From the NCBI GenBank assembly GCA_036275595.1, contig DASUDN010000017.1, forward strand, positions 1 to 41,762: a DNA stretch of 41,762 nt, given 5' to 3'. The translations under genes and the position numbers were made by a program. The notes under the pieces were generated by a model, which was given only the letters and a program-made list of their open reading frames with translations, did not search any database and was not told the origin of the DNA. The DNA comes from Moraxellaceae bacterium. GTDB lineage: Bacteria > Pseudomonadota > Gammaproteobacteria > Pseudomonadales > Moraxellaceae. Below, in pieces: positions 21,673-30,370 of the stretch (its first letter is position 1; the number at the start of each line of letters is the position of its first letter).

Positions 21673-22121
21673 CATGGCGCGGGCGGAAACTCGAGCAGGA
21701 AGGTGACGGGACCGTCGTTGACCAGGTGCACCTGCATGTCGGCGCCGAAGCGGCCGCTGGCCACGCGCGCGTGGCGCTGCCGCGCGGCGTGCACGAAGCC
21801 GTCGTAGAGCGCCTCGGCGCGCGCCGGCAGCTCGGCCGGATCGAAGCCGGGACGCAGGCCCTTGCGCGTTTCCGCCACCAGCGTGAACTGCGACACCACC
21901 AGCAGGCCGCCGCCGGTGTCGGCCAGGCTGCGGTTCATGCGTCCCTCCGCGTCCGCGAAAACGCGGTAGGCCAGCACCTTGTCGAGCAGCTGGCGCGCCT
22001 GCTCCTCGCCGTCGCCCTTGTGCACGCCGAGCAGGAGCAGGAGGCCGGGCCCGATCTCGCCCACGCACTCCGCCCCCACCATGACGCGCGCCTCGCTGAC
22101 GCGCTGTATCAGTCCGCGCAT
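21672..22121 (-). CDS. dtd: D-aminoacyl-tRNA deacylase
   Basis: MRGLIQRVSEARVMV...LLLLLGV...LLVVSQFTL...RPGF...FGADMQVHLVNDGPVTF. ATG at 22121. The track's longer N-terminus overlaps pip. Confidence 0.92.
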   Translation of the reverse strand: MRGLIQRVSEARVMVGAECVGEIGPGLLLLLGVHKGDGEEQARQLLDKVLAYRVFADAEGRMNRSLADTGGGLLVVSQFTLVAETRKGLRPGFDPAELPARAEALYDGFVHAARQRHARVASGRFGADMQVHLVNDGPVTFLLEFPPAP

Positions 22122-22143
22122 GCCGCCTCCCGCTCGCGCCGCC

Positions 22144-23100
22144 TCAGCCCGCGCCCAGGCGCCGGGCGAAGTCGCTGGTGGCCCGCACCAGCGCGTCGAT
22201 GATGCCGGGCTCGGCGGCGGAGTGTCCCGCGTCGGGCACAATCTGCAGTTCGGCCTCGGGCCAGGCCTCATGCAGCGCAAAGGCGTTGTCCAGCGGGCAG
22301 ATCATGTCGTAGCGGCCGTGCACGATCACGCCGGGGATGCCGGCCAGGCGGTGCGCCTCCGCCAGCAGCTGGTTGTCGCGCAGGAAGATGCGGTTCACGA
22401 AGTAGTGCGCCTCGATGCGCGCCAGTGCCAGCGCCACGTGCGGGTCCGAGAAGTGCTCCACCACGTTGTGGTTGGGGCGCAGCGTGGCGCAGACACCTTC
22501 CCAGATGGACCAGGCCTTGGCGGCGGCCATGCGCGCGATCTCGTCGTCGCCGGTGAGGCGGCGGTGGAAGGCCTGCAGGAAGTCGCCGCGCTCCGCCTCG
22601 GGAATGGGGCGCACGTAGTCGGCCCAGTGGTCCGGATACACGTGGCTGGCGCCGTCCTGGTAGAACCAGCGGATGTCCTGGTCGCGGCACAGGAAGATGC
22701 CGCGCAGGATGAGGCCCAGCACGCGCTGCGCGTGGGCCTCGGCATAGGCCAGCGCCAGGGTCGAGCCCCAGGAGCCGCCGAACACCACCCAGCGCTCGAT
22801 GCCGAGGAACTCGCGCAGGCGCTCGATGTCGGCGACCAGGGCCGGCGTGGTGTTGCCCTCGAGGTGGGCATGGGGCGTGGAGCGGCCGGCGCCGCGCTGG
22901 TCGAACAGCACGATGCGGTAGCGCGCCGGATCAAAGAAGCGGCGGTTCCAGGGCTGGAAGCCGGCCCCCGGGCCACCGTGCAGGAAGAGCACCGGCAGGC
23001 CGCGCGGATTGCCGCACTCCTCGACGTGGAGCACGTGCGGCGGCTCCACGGCGAACGCGTGGGTGGCGTAGGGTTCGATCTCGGGAAACAGCGTCAGCAT
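22144..23100 (-). CDS. pip: Proline iminopeptidase (prolyl aminopeptidase)
   Basis: VLFLHGGPGAG...IVLFDQRGAGRSTPHA...NTT..LVADIERLR...WVVFGGSWGSTLALAYA. An alpha/beta hydrolase with the GGSWG nucleophile elbow. Confidence 0.92.
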   Translation of the reverse strand: MLTLFPEIEPYATHAFAVEPPHVLHVEECGNPRGLPVLFLHGGPGAGFQPWNRRFFDPARYRIVLFDQRGAGRSTPHAHLEGNTTPALVADIERLREFLGIERWVVFGGSWGSTLALAYAEAHAQRVLGLILRGIFLCRDQDIRWFYQDGASHVYPDHWADYVRPIPEAERGDFLQAFHRRLTGDDEIARMAAAKAWSIWEGVCATLRPNHNVVEHFSDPHVALALARIEAHYFVNRIFLRDNQLLAEAHRLAGIPGVIVHGRYDMICPLDNAFALHEAWPEAELQIVPDAGHSAAEPGIIDALVRATSDFARRLGAG

Positions 23101-23225
23101 GGCGGGACTCCGCAGCCGCGGGATGGCCGGCGCCGGCCGCCGCGACCGCCTTGCAGCGGGGTAAAGGGTGCAGTGTACATGCTCCGGGGCAGGGGCAGGC
23201 CTGCCGCGCTGTCCGGCACAAAGGG

Positions 23226-23254
23226 TTCAGGCCGACCTTCCCCTGCATTACAAT
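23226..23254 (+). promoter_or_regulatory. Candidate promoter of the rhodanese-psd unit (-35 TTCAGG, 17-nt spacer, -10 TACAAT)
   Basis: TACAAT at 23249-23254 is followed by CCGCCT. This is the same 12-mer, TACAATCCGCCT, as upstream of argS. It lies 32 nt before the ATG at 23287. Confidence 0.3.
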
Positions 23255-23286
23255 CCGCCTTCCGACGGACCACCGGACTTCCTGCC

Positions 23287-24096
23287 ATGTCCCTTCCCCT
23301 GCTGCTGGAACCCGCGGCACTGCACGCCGCCCTGGGCACGCCCGGCCTGCTGGTCGTGGACCTGGGCAAGGAGTCGGTGTACCGCCAGGCCCACGTCCCC
23401 GGCGCCGTGCCCTGCAACGGCCGCGACCTGCTCTGCAACGAACAGCCGTCGCCGGGCAAGCCGGCGTCGACGGCGCAGCTGGTGGCCGTGCTCTCGGCGC
23501 TCGGCATCGGTCCCGGCACCCATGTCGTCGCCTGCGACGACGAGGGCGGCGCCTGGGCCGGCCGCTTCCTGTGGACGCTGGAGCTGCTTGGCCACACGCG
23601 CTGGTCCTTCCTGGACGGCGGCATCCACGCCTGGCTGGCCGCCGGCCTGCCGGTGGAAAGCCAGCCCGTGGCGCCGCGCCCGGCCGGTTTCGCCGTGCAG
23701 CCGTCCGCCGGCGTGGCGGTGGACCTGGAGTTCCTGCTCGCGCACCACCGCGACCCCGGCCTCGTGCTCTGGGATTCGCGCTCGCCCGAGGAATTCGACG
23801 GCAGCATGGTGCGCGCGCAACGCGCCGGCCACATTCCCGGCGCGCGCAACTACGAGTGGACCCGCGCCCTCGACCGCGGCAACGCCCTGCGCGTGCGCCC
23901 CCTGGACACGGTGCGCGCCGAGCTGGCCGCCCTCGGCATCGGCGGCGACAAGACCGTCGTCACCTATTGCCAGACCCATCACCGCTCCGGCTTCACCTGG
24001 CTGCTCGGCAGGCTGCTCGGCTTCCCGCGCATGCTGGCCTACCCCGGCTCCTGGAGCGAGTGGGGCAACCGCCCCGATACGCCGGTCGAGACCTGA
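23287..24096 (+). CDS. Tandem-rhodanese thiosulfate sulfurtransferase (RhdA-like)
   Basis: Two rhodanese modules. The catalytic loop YCQTHHRSG is in the C-terminal module, the same CQTHHR loop I recall for Azotobacter/Pseudomonas RhdA. It sits upstream of psd, as in P. aeruginosa. Confidence 0.85.
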   Translation: MSLPLLLEPAALHAALGTPGLLVVDLGKESVYRQAHVPGAVPCNGRDLLCNEQPSPGKPASTAQLVAVLSALGIGPGTHVVACDDEGGAWAGRFLWTLELLGHTRWSFLDGGIHAWLAAGLPVESQPVAPRPAGFAVQPSAGVAVDLEFLLAHHRDPGLVLWDSRSPEEFDGSMVRAQRAGHIPGARNYEWTRALDRGNALRVRPLDTVRAELAALGIGGDKTVVTYCQTHHRSGFTWLLGRLLGFPRMLAYPGSWSEWGNRPDTPVET

Positions 24097-24154
24097 CACC
24101 GCACCGCCCCCTTCGAATCCGGCCCGCCCGCAGCGGGCCCCTGCGAGACCCTGC

Positions 24155-25027
24155 ATGAAACCCGAGACCCGTGATCGCCTGTTCATCCTGCTCCAGCAGA
24201 TCCTGCCGCAGCACCTGCTGTCGCGCCTCGTCGGCTGGCTGGCGGAGAGCCGCATCGGCTTCATCAAGAACACGTTCATCGCCAATTTCGCCGCCAACTA
24301 CGACGTGAACATGCGCGAGGCCGTGGAGGAAAACCCGCTCGCCTACGAGAATTTCAACGCCTTCTTCACGCGCCCGCTGAAGCCCGGCATGCGCCCCATC
24401 GACGCCACGCCCGGCAGCATCGCCTGCCCCGCCGACGGCGCCATCTCCCAGCTCGGCGACATCGAGGGCAACTTCATCTTCCAAGCCAAGGGCCACCAGT
24501 ACACGCTGAACGAGCTGCTGGGCGGCGACGTCACGCGCGCGCATCCCTTCCTGAACGGCAAGTTCGCCACCGTCTACCTGTCGCCGCGCGATTACCACCG
24601 CGTGCACATGCCGTATACCGGCACGCTGCGCGAGATGATCTACGTGCCGGGCGACCTGTACTCGGTCAACACCCGCACCGCCGAAAACGTGCCGCGCCTG
24701 TTCGCGCGCAACGAGCGCCTGGTCTGCATCTTCGACACCGACATCGGCCCCATGGCCGTGGTGCTGGTGGGCGCCATGATCGTTGCCGGCATCGAGACCG
24801 TGTGGGCGGGACGCGTGGCGCCGGCGCGCCCGCGCAAGATCACCGTCACCGACTACCGCGACGCGCCCCGGCCCGTCGTGCTCAAGAAGGGCGACGAGCT
24901 CGGCCGCTTCTACCTGGGCTCCACCGCCATCGTCTGCTTCGGCCACGACGTCATGGCCTGGGACGGCCACTACCGCGCCGGCACCCCGACTCGCATGGGC
25001 GAGAAGATGGGCCAGCGCGCCGGCTGA
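24155..25027 (+). CDS. psd: Phosphatidylserine decarboxylase proenzyme
   Basis: [26 protein letters not shown], and the self-cleavage motif LGST ([11 protein letters not shown]). Confidence 0.93.
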   Translation: MKPETRDRLFILLQQILPQHLLSRLVGWLAESRIGFIKNTFIANFAANYDVNMREAVEENPLAYENFNAFFTRPLKPGMRPIDATPGSIACPADGAISQLGDIEGNFIFQAKGHQYTLNELLGGDVTRAHPFLNGKFATVYLSPRDYHRVHMPYTGTLREMIYVPGDLYSVNTRTAENVPRLFARNERLVCIFDTDIGPMAVVLVGAMIVAGIETVWAGRVAPARPRKITVTDYRDAPRPVVLKKGDELGRFYLGSTAIVCFGHDVMAWDGHYRAGTPTRMGEKMGQRAG

Positions 25028-25115
25028 GCCGGCGGGGCCGCGGCTCCGTCCCCGCCCGGGGCCGGCCCGGCGGCCAGCGGCCTTGCCTTATCTACCCTGC
25101 CAGTAATACCCTCAG

Positions 25116-25142
25116 TGATTCATCACCTGGACTGATGAATCA
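25116..25142. promoter_or_regulatory. Perfect 10-nt inverted repeat with an ATC-N9-GAT core (candidate LysR-type operator or start-codon-occluding hairpin)
   Basis: TGATTCATCA-cctggac-TGATGAATCA. The right arm ends on the A of the LysR ATG (25142). The core fits the classical LTTR box T-N11-A / ATC-N9-GAT. Confidence 0.4.
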
Positions 25143-26038
25143 TGCGCATCACCCTGAAGCAGCTCGAGGTCTTCATCGCCGTGGCGCAGGCCGGCAACGT
25201 GACGCGCGCCTCGGAAAGCCTGAACATCACGCAGAGCGCGGCCAGCATGGCGCTGGCGGACTTCGAGAACCAGCTCGGCCGCAAGCTCTTCGACCGCATC
25301 GGCAAGCGCCTGCAGCTCAACGACGCCGGGCGCCTGCTGCTGCCCAAGGCCCTGGACGCGGTGGCCCGCGTCGCCGACATCGAGCACATGGCCGGCAGCG
25401 ACGAGGCCATGATCGGCCCCCTCCGCATCGGCGCCAGCCTCACCATCGGCAACTACATGATGCCGGGCCTGATCGGCCGCTTCATGCAGGCGCATCCGGG
25501 CGCCCAGCTCACCCTGGACGTGAGCAACACCCGCCACGTCATCGAGGCCATCAAGCACTTCCAGGTCGACATCGGCTTCATCGAAGGCTTCTGCCACGAA
25601 CCGGACCTCGAAGTGCTGCCCTGGGGCGAGGACGAGCTCGTGGTCTTTGCCGCGCCCACCCATCCCCTGGCGCGCAAGGCCCGCGTCGACGAGGAAGACC
25701 TGGCCGCGGCCGACTGGATCCTGCGCGAGCCCGGCTCGGGCACGCGGGAGGTCTTCGACAATGCGGTCATGGGCCGCATCCGGCGCCTTAACCTGCTGCT
25801 GGAATTCGGCCATACCGAGGCCATCCGGCAAGCCGTGGCCTCCGGCATCGGCCTCGGCTGCGCCTCGCGGCGGACGCTGGAGGATGCCTTCCGCACGGGC
25901 AGCGTGGTGCCCCTGGCCACGCCCTTCCTCAACTTGCGCCGGGAGCTCTACGTGCTGGTGCACCGTCAGAAATTCCGCACCCAGGGCCTGGAGCTGTTCC
26001 TGCGCCATTGCCAGGCGGGGGTGGGGGCGCCGTCCTGA
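25142..26038 (+). CDS. LysR-family transcriptional regulator (YeiE-like)
   Basis: MRITLKQLEVFIAVAQAGNVTRASESLNITQSAASMALADFENQLGRKLFDRIGKRLQLNDAGRLL is a wHTH very close to my recollection of E. coli YeiE. A typical LTTR effector domain follows. Confidence 0.88.
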   Translation: MRITLKQLEVFIAVAQAGNVTRASESLNITQSAASMALADFENQLGRKLFDRIGKRLQLNDAGRLLLPKALDAVARVADIEHMAGSDEAMIGPLRIGASLTIGNYMMPGLIGRFMQAHPGAQLTLDVSNTRHVIEAIKHFQVDIGFIEGFCHEPDLEVLPWGEDELVVFAAPTHPLARKARVDEEDLAAADWILREPGSGTREVFDNAVMGRIRRLNLLLEFGHTEAIRQAVASGIGLGCASRRTLEDAFRTGSVVPLATPFLNLRRELYVLVHRQKFRTQGLELFLRHCQAGVGAPS

Positions 26039-26143
26039 CCGGCGGCGCCGGCGGCCGCCCGTCCGGGTGTCGCAGCGCTCTTGCCGCGATATCGAGGAAG
26101 ATTCGGGAAGTCTCTAAAATCAATGAAAATTTCGGCCCTCGGG

Positions 26144-26172
26144 TTGCCCCCGCCTTAAGGCTGGGATAACAA
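26144..26172 (+). promoter_or_regulatory. Candidate promoter of the 603-aa gene (-35 TTGCCC, 17-nt spacer, -10 TAACAA)
   Basis: Motif match by eye, in the only AT-richer stretch of the 239-nt intergenic region. It would give a leader of about 100 nt. Confidence 0.2.
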
Positions 26173-26277
26173 TGGGAGCCATACAGTTAGGCATCCGCCC
26201 GCCGCCCACCCGCGCCGGGCCCGCGGCCCGTCCCACCGGCACGGCCGCCGCGCAGAATAACAACCAGGAACGCCGCC

Positions 26278-28089
26278 ATGGTCAGTAGTGCCGACATTCT
26301 CCGGCAACGCCTTCCCGCCCAGGACCTGGGCCGGTTGACGCTGGTCAGCCACCAGCCGCGCAAGCTGCGCGAGTGGGTCGAGGCGCTGCCGATGATCAAT
26401 GTCGGCGAGACCTCGCGCCAGGTCTTCCAGACCCTGCAGGAACTGACCCGGCTGCAGCTCGACCCGGCCGCCCGCCTGGAACTGCTCGAGATCCTGCGCC
26501 CGGTGGCGCACACCCTCTGCAACGCCCTGTCCAAGCACTACCTCGGCCAGTCCGTGATGCTGCCCGAGCGCGCCACCAAGGTCGCCACCCTGGCCCAGTC
26601 CATGCAGAGCCACCTTGCCATCGGCTACAAGCTGGTCGCGCTCGCCCTGCTCGACCGGCTCGGCCCCAAGCGCGACCCGGAGCAGGTGAAGCAGGCGGCG
26701 CTGGCGCTCCACCGCGCCATCAGCGAACTCACCGCCAACCTGCTGCGCTCCACGCAGCTCTACCTGAACACACCGCCGCGCCTGTGGCTGGAGCTGCACT
26801 CGCTCTACCTCTGCGCCGCCGACGCCCAGCTCGCGCACCTGCCGGTGCCCGACCCCGTGCTGCACCGCCAGGCCGAGGCCTCGACGGTGGAGCACGCCTA
26901 CATCCGCGCGCTGCTGCTCGCCACCTGCAAGCCCAACAAGCTGCGCCAGGCCGAGATCGCCCAGATCCACCAGCTCGCCGAACTGTGGGCGCCGCTGGTG
27001 ACGCTGCGCGAGTTCGGCGGGAGCGGCGAACTCTTCGTCTTCGACCTGTCCAAGGACGCGCCCCCCACCTACCGCACCCTGGCCCAGGCCGGTTCGGCCG
27101 ACCACGTGCGCGCCATCGATCCGTCGCGCCTGGTCGCGCGCCTGGGCGAGCTGCGCCTGTCCGCGCCCGGCGTGGCACCCAAGGCCCATGGCGAGGCCAG
27201 CCTGTCGGCCAGCCTGCTGCAGCACCTGGTGCAGGCCTGGAGCGAGCTCAGCGAACGCAGTTTCTCGCGCGTGGCCGCCGAGGGCACCCTGCATGCCTGC
27301 CTCGGCCTGACCGCCCTGCATTACTTCCTGTCCGGCGGCCGCGACTTCGACACCATGATGCGCGGCGAGCAGGGCCGCTACCTCGTCTCCGACTCCGACA
27401 ACCCCTTCCTCAAGACCAAGCAGGTCGAGCACCGCCCCGACGACCGCCAGGGCAAGGACGTGTGGGCGCTGGCCTTCGGTGGCGCCGTCAGCGAGAAGAG
27501 TCCGTCCGACTACGGCCTGAAGTTCCAGGAGAAGGTCGATGCCGCCCCGCGCTACGACGTCTACAACTGCCAGATCGTGAACATCAGCCCCGGCGGCTAC
27601 TGCATCGAGTGGTCGGGCGAGGTGCCCTCCGGCGTCCGCGCCGGCGAGATCCTCGGCCTGCGCGAGGAAGCCCAGCCCGCCTGGAGCATAGGCGTGATCC
27701 GCTGGGTGAAGCAGCTGCCCGGCCACGGCGCCCAGCTCGGCATCGAGGTGCTCGCGCCCAAGGCCAAGCCCTGCGGCGCGCGCGTGATCAAGAAGACGGG
27801 CGAGTCCTCGGAGTACATGCGCACCCTCATGCTGCCCGAGCTCAAGTCCATCGGCCGCCCGGCCACCCTGATCACCCCGGCGCTGACCTTCCGCGCCGGC
27901 TACAAGGTCGGCCTGAACATCGACGGGGAGGAGGTCAAGATCCACCTGTCCCGACAGGTCAGCGCCACCCCGAGCTTCTGCCAGTTCGAGTTCAACCAGC
28001 TGAACAAGCCCTCGGCCGGCCCCGACGAGCCCAAGCCGCCGCAAGGGGGCGACGACGAGGATTTCGACTCCATCTGGGCCAGCCTCTAG
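26278..28089 (+). CDS. 603-aa protein with a C-terminal PilZ-like domain; positional equivalent of the gene upstream of fimX in P. aeruginosa (FimW-like)
   Basis: NISPGG (27580-27597) fits the PilZ D/NxSxxG motif, followed by beta-rich sequence (WSIGVIRWVKQL..QLGIEVL). An RxxxR (RPDDR, 27433-27447) lies about 44 residues upstream. The N-terminal ~380 aa are helical with no motif I recognise. AGGAA SD. Confidence 0.6.
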   Translation: MVSSADILRQRLPAQDLGRLTLVSHQPRKLREWVEALPMINVGETSRQVFQTLQELTRLQLDPAARLELLEILRPVAHTLCNALSKHYLGQSVMLPERATKVATLAQSMQSHLAIGYKLVALALLDRLGPKRDPEQVKQAALALHRAISELTANLLRSTQLYLNTPPRLWLELHSLYLCAADAQLAHLPVPDPVLHRQAEASTVEHAYIRALLLATCKPNKLRQAEIAQIHQLAELWAPLVTLREFGGSGELFVFDLSKDAPPTYRTLAQAGSADHVRAIDPSRLVARLGELRLSAPGVAPKAHGEASLSASLLQHLVQAWSELSERSFSRVAAEGTLHACLGLTALHYFLSGGRDFDTMMRGEQGRYLVSDSDNPFLKTKQVEHRPDDRQGKDVWALAFGGAVSEKSPSDYGLKFQEKVDAAPRYDVYNCQIVNISPGGYCIEWSGEVPSGVRAGEILGLREEAQPAWSIGVIRWVKQLPGHGAQLGIEVLAPKAKPCGARVIKKTGESSEYMRTLMLPELKSIGRPATLITPALTFRAGYKVGLNIDGEEVKIHLSRQVSATPSFCQFEFNQLNKPSAGPDEPKPPQGGDDEDFDSIWASL

Positions 28090-28104
28090 GCCCGCCGCGG
28101 TACC

Positions 28105-28127
28105 GGGACGGGCCCTCCGCCCGTCCC
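28105..28127 (+). terminator. 9-bp perfect GC hairpin after the 603-aa gene (weak or partial terminator)
   Basis: GGGACGGGC-cctcc-GCCCGTCCC followed by TTCCCC (poor U-tract), 16 nt after the TAG stop. Confidence 0.3.
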
Positions 28128-28143
28128 TTCCCCGCGCCCGCGC

Positions 28144-28171
28144 TTGCAAAACCGGCCGGGGGAAGGACAAT
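28144..28171 (+). promoter_or_regulatory. Candidate promoter of the FimX-like gene (-35 TTGCAA, 16-nt spacer, -10 GACAAT)
   Basis: Motif match by eye, 35 nt upstream of the ATG at 28206. Confidence 0.2.
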
Positions 28172-28205
28172 AGCCGCCTGATTTACTGCAGGACATCGTT
28201 CGCGC

Positions 28206-30281
28206 ATGCCACCCAGAAACGACACAGTCCGCCTTCTCGTGCTGCACGAGTCCCAGGACAACGCCGAACAGATCATCAACACGCTGAAAAACAAGGGCAT
28301 CGCCACCCGCCCGGACCTGATCAGCAGCGACGATGAGCTGTCCGACGCCCTGAAGGACGGCGTCTGGGACATCATGCTGGCCGGCGAGATCACCAATGGC
28401 GTTCCCTACGAGAACGCCCTGATCCAGATCCGCAAGCAGGACAAGGACATCCCCCTCATCGTCCTGCTCGACAAGTTCGACCAGGAGGTGGTGGACGAGG
28501 CCATGAAGGCCGGCGCCGCCGACTGCGTGGTGTTCGACGCCCTGCCCCACCTCTCCGCCGCCATCCTGCGCGAGCTGGACAGCCTCCAGCACCGCCGCGC
28601 CCGCCGCAAGGCCGAGGCCGCGCTGTCCGAGGCCGAGAAGCGCAACCGCCTGCTGCTCGACAGCTCCCGCGACGCCATCGCCTATGTGCACGACGGCATG
28701 CACATCTACGCCAACGCCTCCTATGCGGAGCTCTTCGGCCACGAGAGCGCCGACGACCTCGAGGGCATGCCGGTGATCGACCTGGTGGCCAAGGAGGACC
28801 TGACCCGCTTCAAGGACTTCCTGCGCGCCTACAGCAAGGGCGAGGGCGCTTCCGAGGACCTGCGCTTCCACGGCATGAAGGCCGACGGCGAAAAGATCGA
28901 CGCCATGATGCAGCTCTCCGCCGCCAGCTACGACGGCGAGCCCTGCACCCAGATCATCATCCGCCGCGACGACGGCGCCGGCAACGCGGCCCTGCTGGCC
29001 GAGAAGCTCAAGGAAGCGACCAGCATGGACCCGCTGACCGGGCTGCCCAACCGCCAGCGCTTCGAGGAGGACGTGACCGCCGCCGTGCACAAGGCGCGCA
29101 AGGACAAGTCCCGCTACGCCCTGTTCTGCATCGCCATCGACAACCTGCCGCAGGTCAGCGCCGCGCACGGCCTGGCCGGCACCGACACCGTGGTCAAGAC
29201 CATGGCCAGCATGCTGGTCACCCAGTTCGGCAGTGCGCCCCTGGCGCGCTTCAGCGACTCCAGCTTCACCGCCCTGGTTGCCGGCGTCGAACCGGAGAAG
29301 GCGCAGGCGCACGCCGAGCAGATCTGCCAGCAGATCCACGACCACCTTTTCCAGATCCCCGGCGGCAAGACCCAGCAGACCACCGTCAGCATCGGCGTGG
29401 CCATGATCGGCGAGACCGCGCCGGAACCCGAGGAGATGCTGTCCCGCGTGGTGGGCGCCTCCGAGAAGGTCAAGCTGGCCAAGGGCAACGGCGTGCACAT
29501 GTTCAATGCCGCCGAGCAGGCCGGCAGCTCCGACTCCGCCATGCGCGAGCTGCTGGTCGACGCCATCGAGAACGGCAAGTTCAAGCTCTTCTACCAGCCC
29601 CTGGTGGACGTCGAGGGCGGCAACGGCGAGTTCTACGAGGTCTTCGTGCGCCTGCCCCTGCCGGACGGCAAGCTGCTCACGCCGGACGAGTTCATGCCGG
29701 TGGCGCACAAGCACCAGCTCGGCGCCCGCGTCGACCGCTGGGTGATGCTGAACGCCGCCAAGCAGCTCAAGGAGCACACGCGCAACCATCCCAACTCGCG
29801 CATGCTGCTCAACCTGACCGCGGAATCGCTGCAGGACACCACCCTGCCCGCCTGGATCAGCAAGCTGTCCAAGGCCATCGACCCGCAGGGCTCGCCGCTG
29901 GTGCTGCAGTTCACCGAGAGCGACATGGTGGCCTACCTCAAGGCCGCCGCGCAGCAGACCGACGAGCTCACGCGCGCCGGCTGCCCGGTGTCCATCAGCC
30001 ACTTCGGCACCTCGCTGAACCCGCTCAACACGCTCAAGCACGTGGCCGCCTCCTACATCAAGCTGGACCGCTCCTTCACCCAGGACCTGTCCAACGAGGA
30101 GGGCATGGGCCAGATCCGCAAGATCACCAGCGAGCTGCGCGGCTTCGACAAGAAGGTCATCGTCTCCTACGTCGAGAACGCCCAGACCCTGTCCAAGCTG
30201 TGGACGCTGGGCGTGCAGTACCTGCAGGGCTTCTTCCTGCAGCCGCCCGGCGAGACCATGCACTACGAGACGCAGGGTTAG
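28206..30281 (+). CDS. fimX: FimX-like c-di-GMP receptor: pseudo-REC - PAS - degenerate GGDEF - degenerate EAL
   Basis: 691 aa. The N-terminal receiver-like domain has HE instead of the acidic pair and WDIMLAG instead of hhhhD. The PAS region reads AEKRNRLLLDSSRDAIAYVHDGMHIYANASYAELFG. The GGDEF position reads RFSDSSF (29253-29267). The EAL position reads YEVFVRL (EVF, 29637-29645). Length and architecture match my recollection of P. aeruginosa FimX (GDSIF / EVL). Confidence 0.85.
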   Translation: MPPRNDTVRLLVLHESQDNAEQIINTLKNKGIATRPDLISSDDELSDALKDGVWDIMLAGEITNGVPYENALIQIRKQDKDIPLIVLLDKFDQEVVDEAMKAGAADCVVFDALPHLSAAILRELDSLQHRRARRKAEAALSEAEKRNRLLLDSSRDAIAYVHDGMHIYANASYAELFGHESADDLEGMPVIDLVAKEDLTRFKDFLRAYSKGEGASEDLRFHGMKADGEKIDAMMQLSAASYDGEPCTQIIIRRDDGAGNAALLAEKLKEATSMDPLTGLPNRQRFEEDVTAAVHKARKDKSRYALFCIAIDNLPQVSAAHGLAGTDTVVKTMASMLVTQFGSAPLARFSDSSFTALVAGVEPEKAQAHAEQICQQIHDHLFQIPGGKTQQTTVSIGVAMIGETAPEPEEMLSRVVGASEKVKLAKGNGVHMFNAAEQAGSSDSAMRELLVDAIENGKFKLFYQPLVDVEGGNGEFYEVFVRLPLPDGKLLTPDEFMPVAHKHQLGARVDRWVMLNAAKQLKEHTRNHPNSRMLLNLTAESLQDTTLPAWISKLSKAIDPQGSPLVLQFTESDMVAYLKAAAQQTDELTRAGCPVSISHFGTSLNPLNTLKHVAASYIKLDRSFTQDLSNEEGMGQIRKITSELRGFDKKVIVSYVENAQTLSKLWTLGVQYLQGFFLQPPGETMHYETQG

Positions 30282-30294
30282 TCCCCGCGGCAAC

Positions 30295-30323
30295 AAAAAA
30301 GGCCGGCGATTGCCGGCCTTTTT
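30295..30323. terminator. Bidirectional intrinsic terminator between the fimX-like gene and serB
   Basis: AAAAAA-GGCCGGC-gatt-GCCGGCC-TTTTT at a convergent junction. Confidence 0.8.
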
Positions 30324-30370
30324 CATGGGCGCGAGGCGGGGGCGGCGACGCGGGCCGGCCCTGCAGGGCC

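Noticed and set aside
26123-26158. Mini-ORF ATG AAA ATT TCG GCC CTC GGG TTG CCC CCG CCT TAA (MKISALGLPPP) in the leader of the 603-aa gene.
   Set aside because: It is only 11 codons with a weak, distant SD-like GGAAG and no attenuator-like structure coupled to it. It cannot be told apart from chance in an AT-richer spacer.
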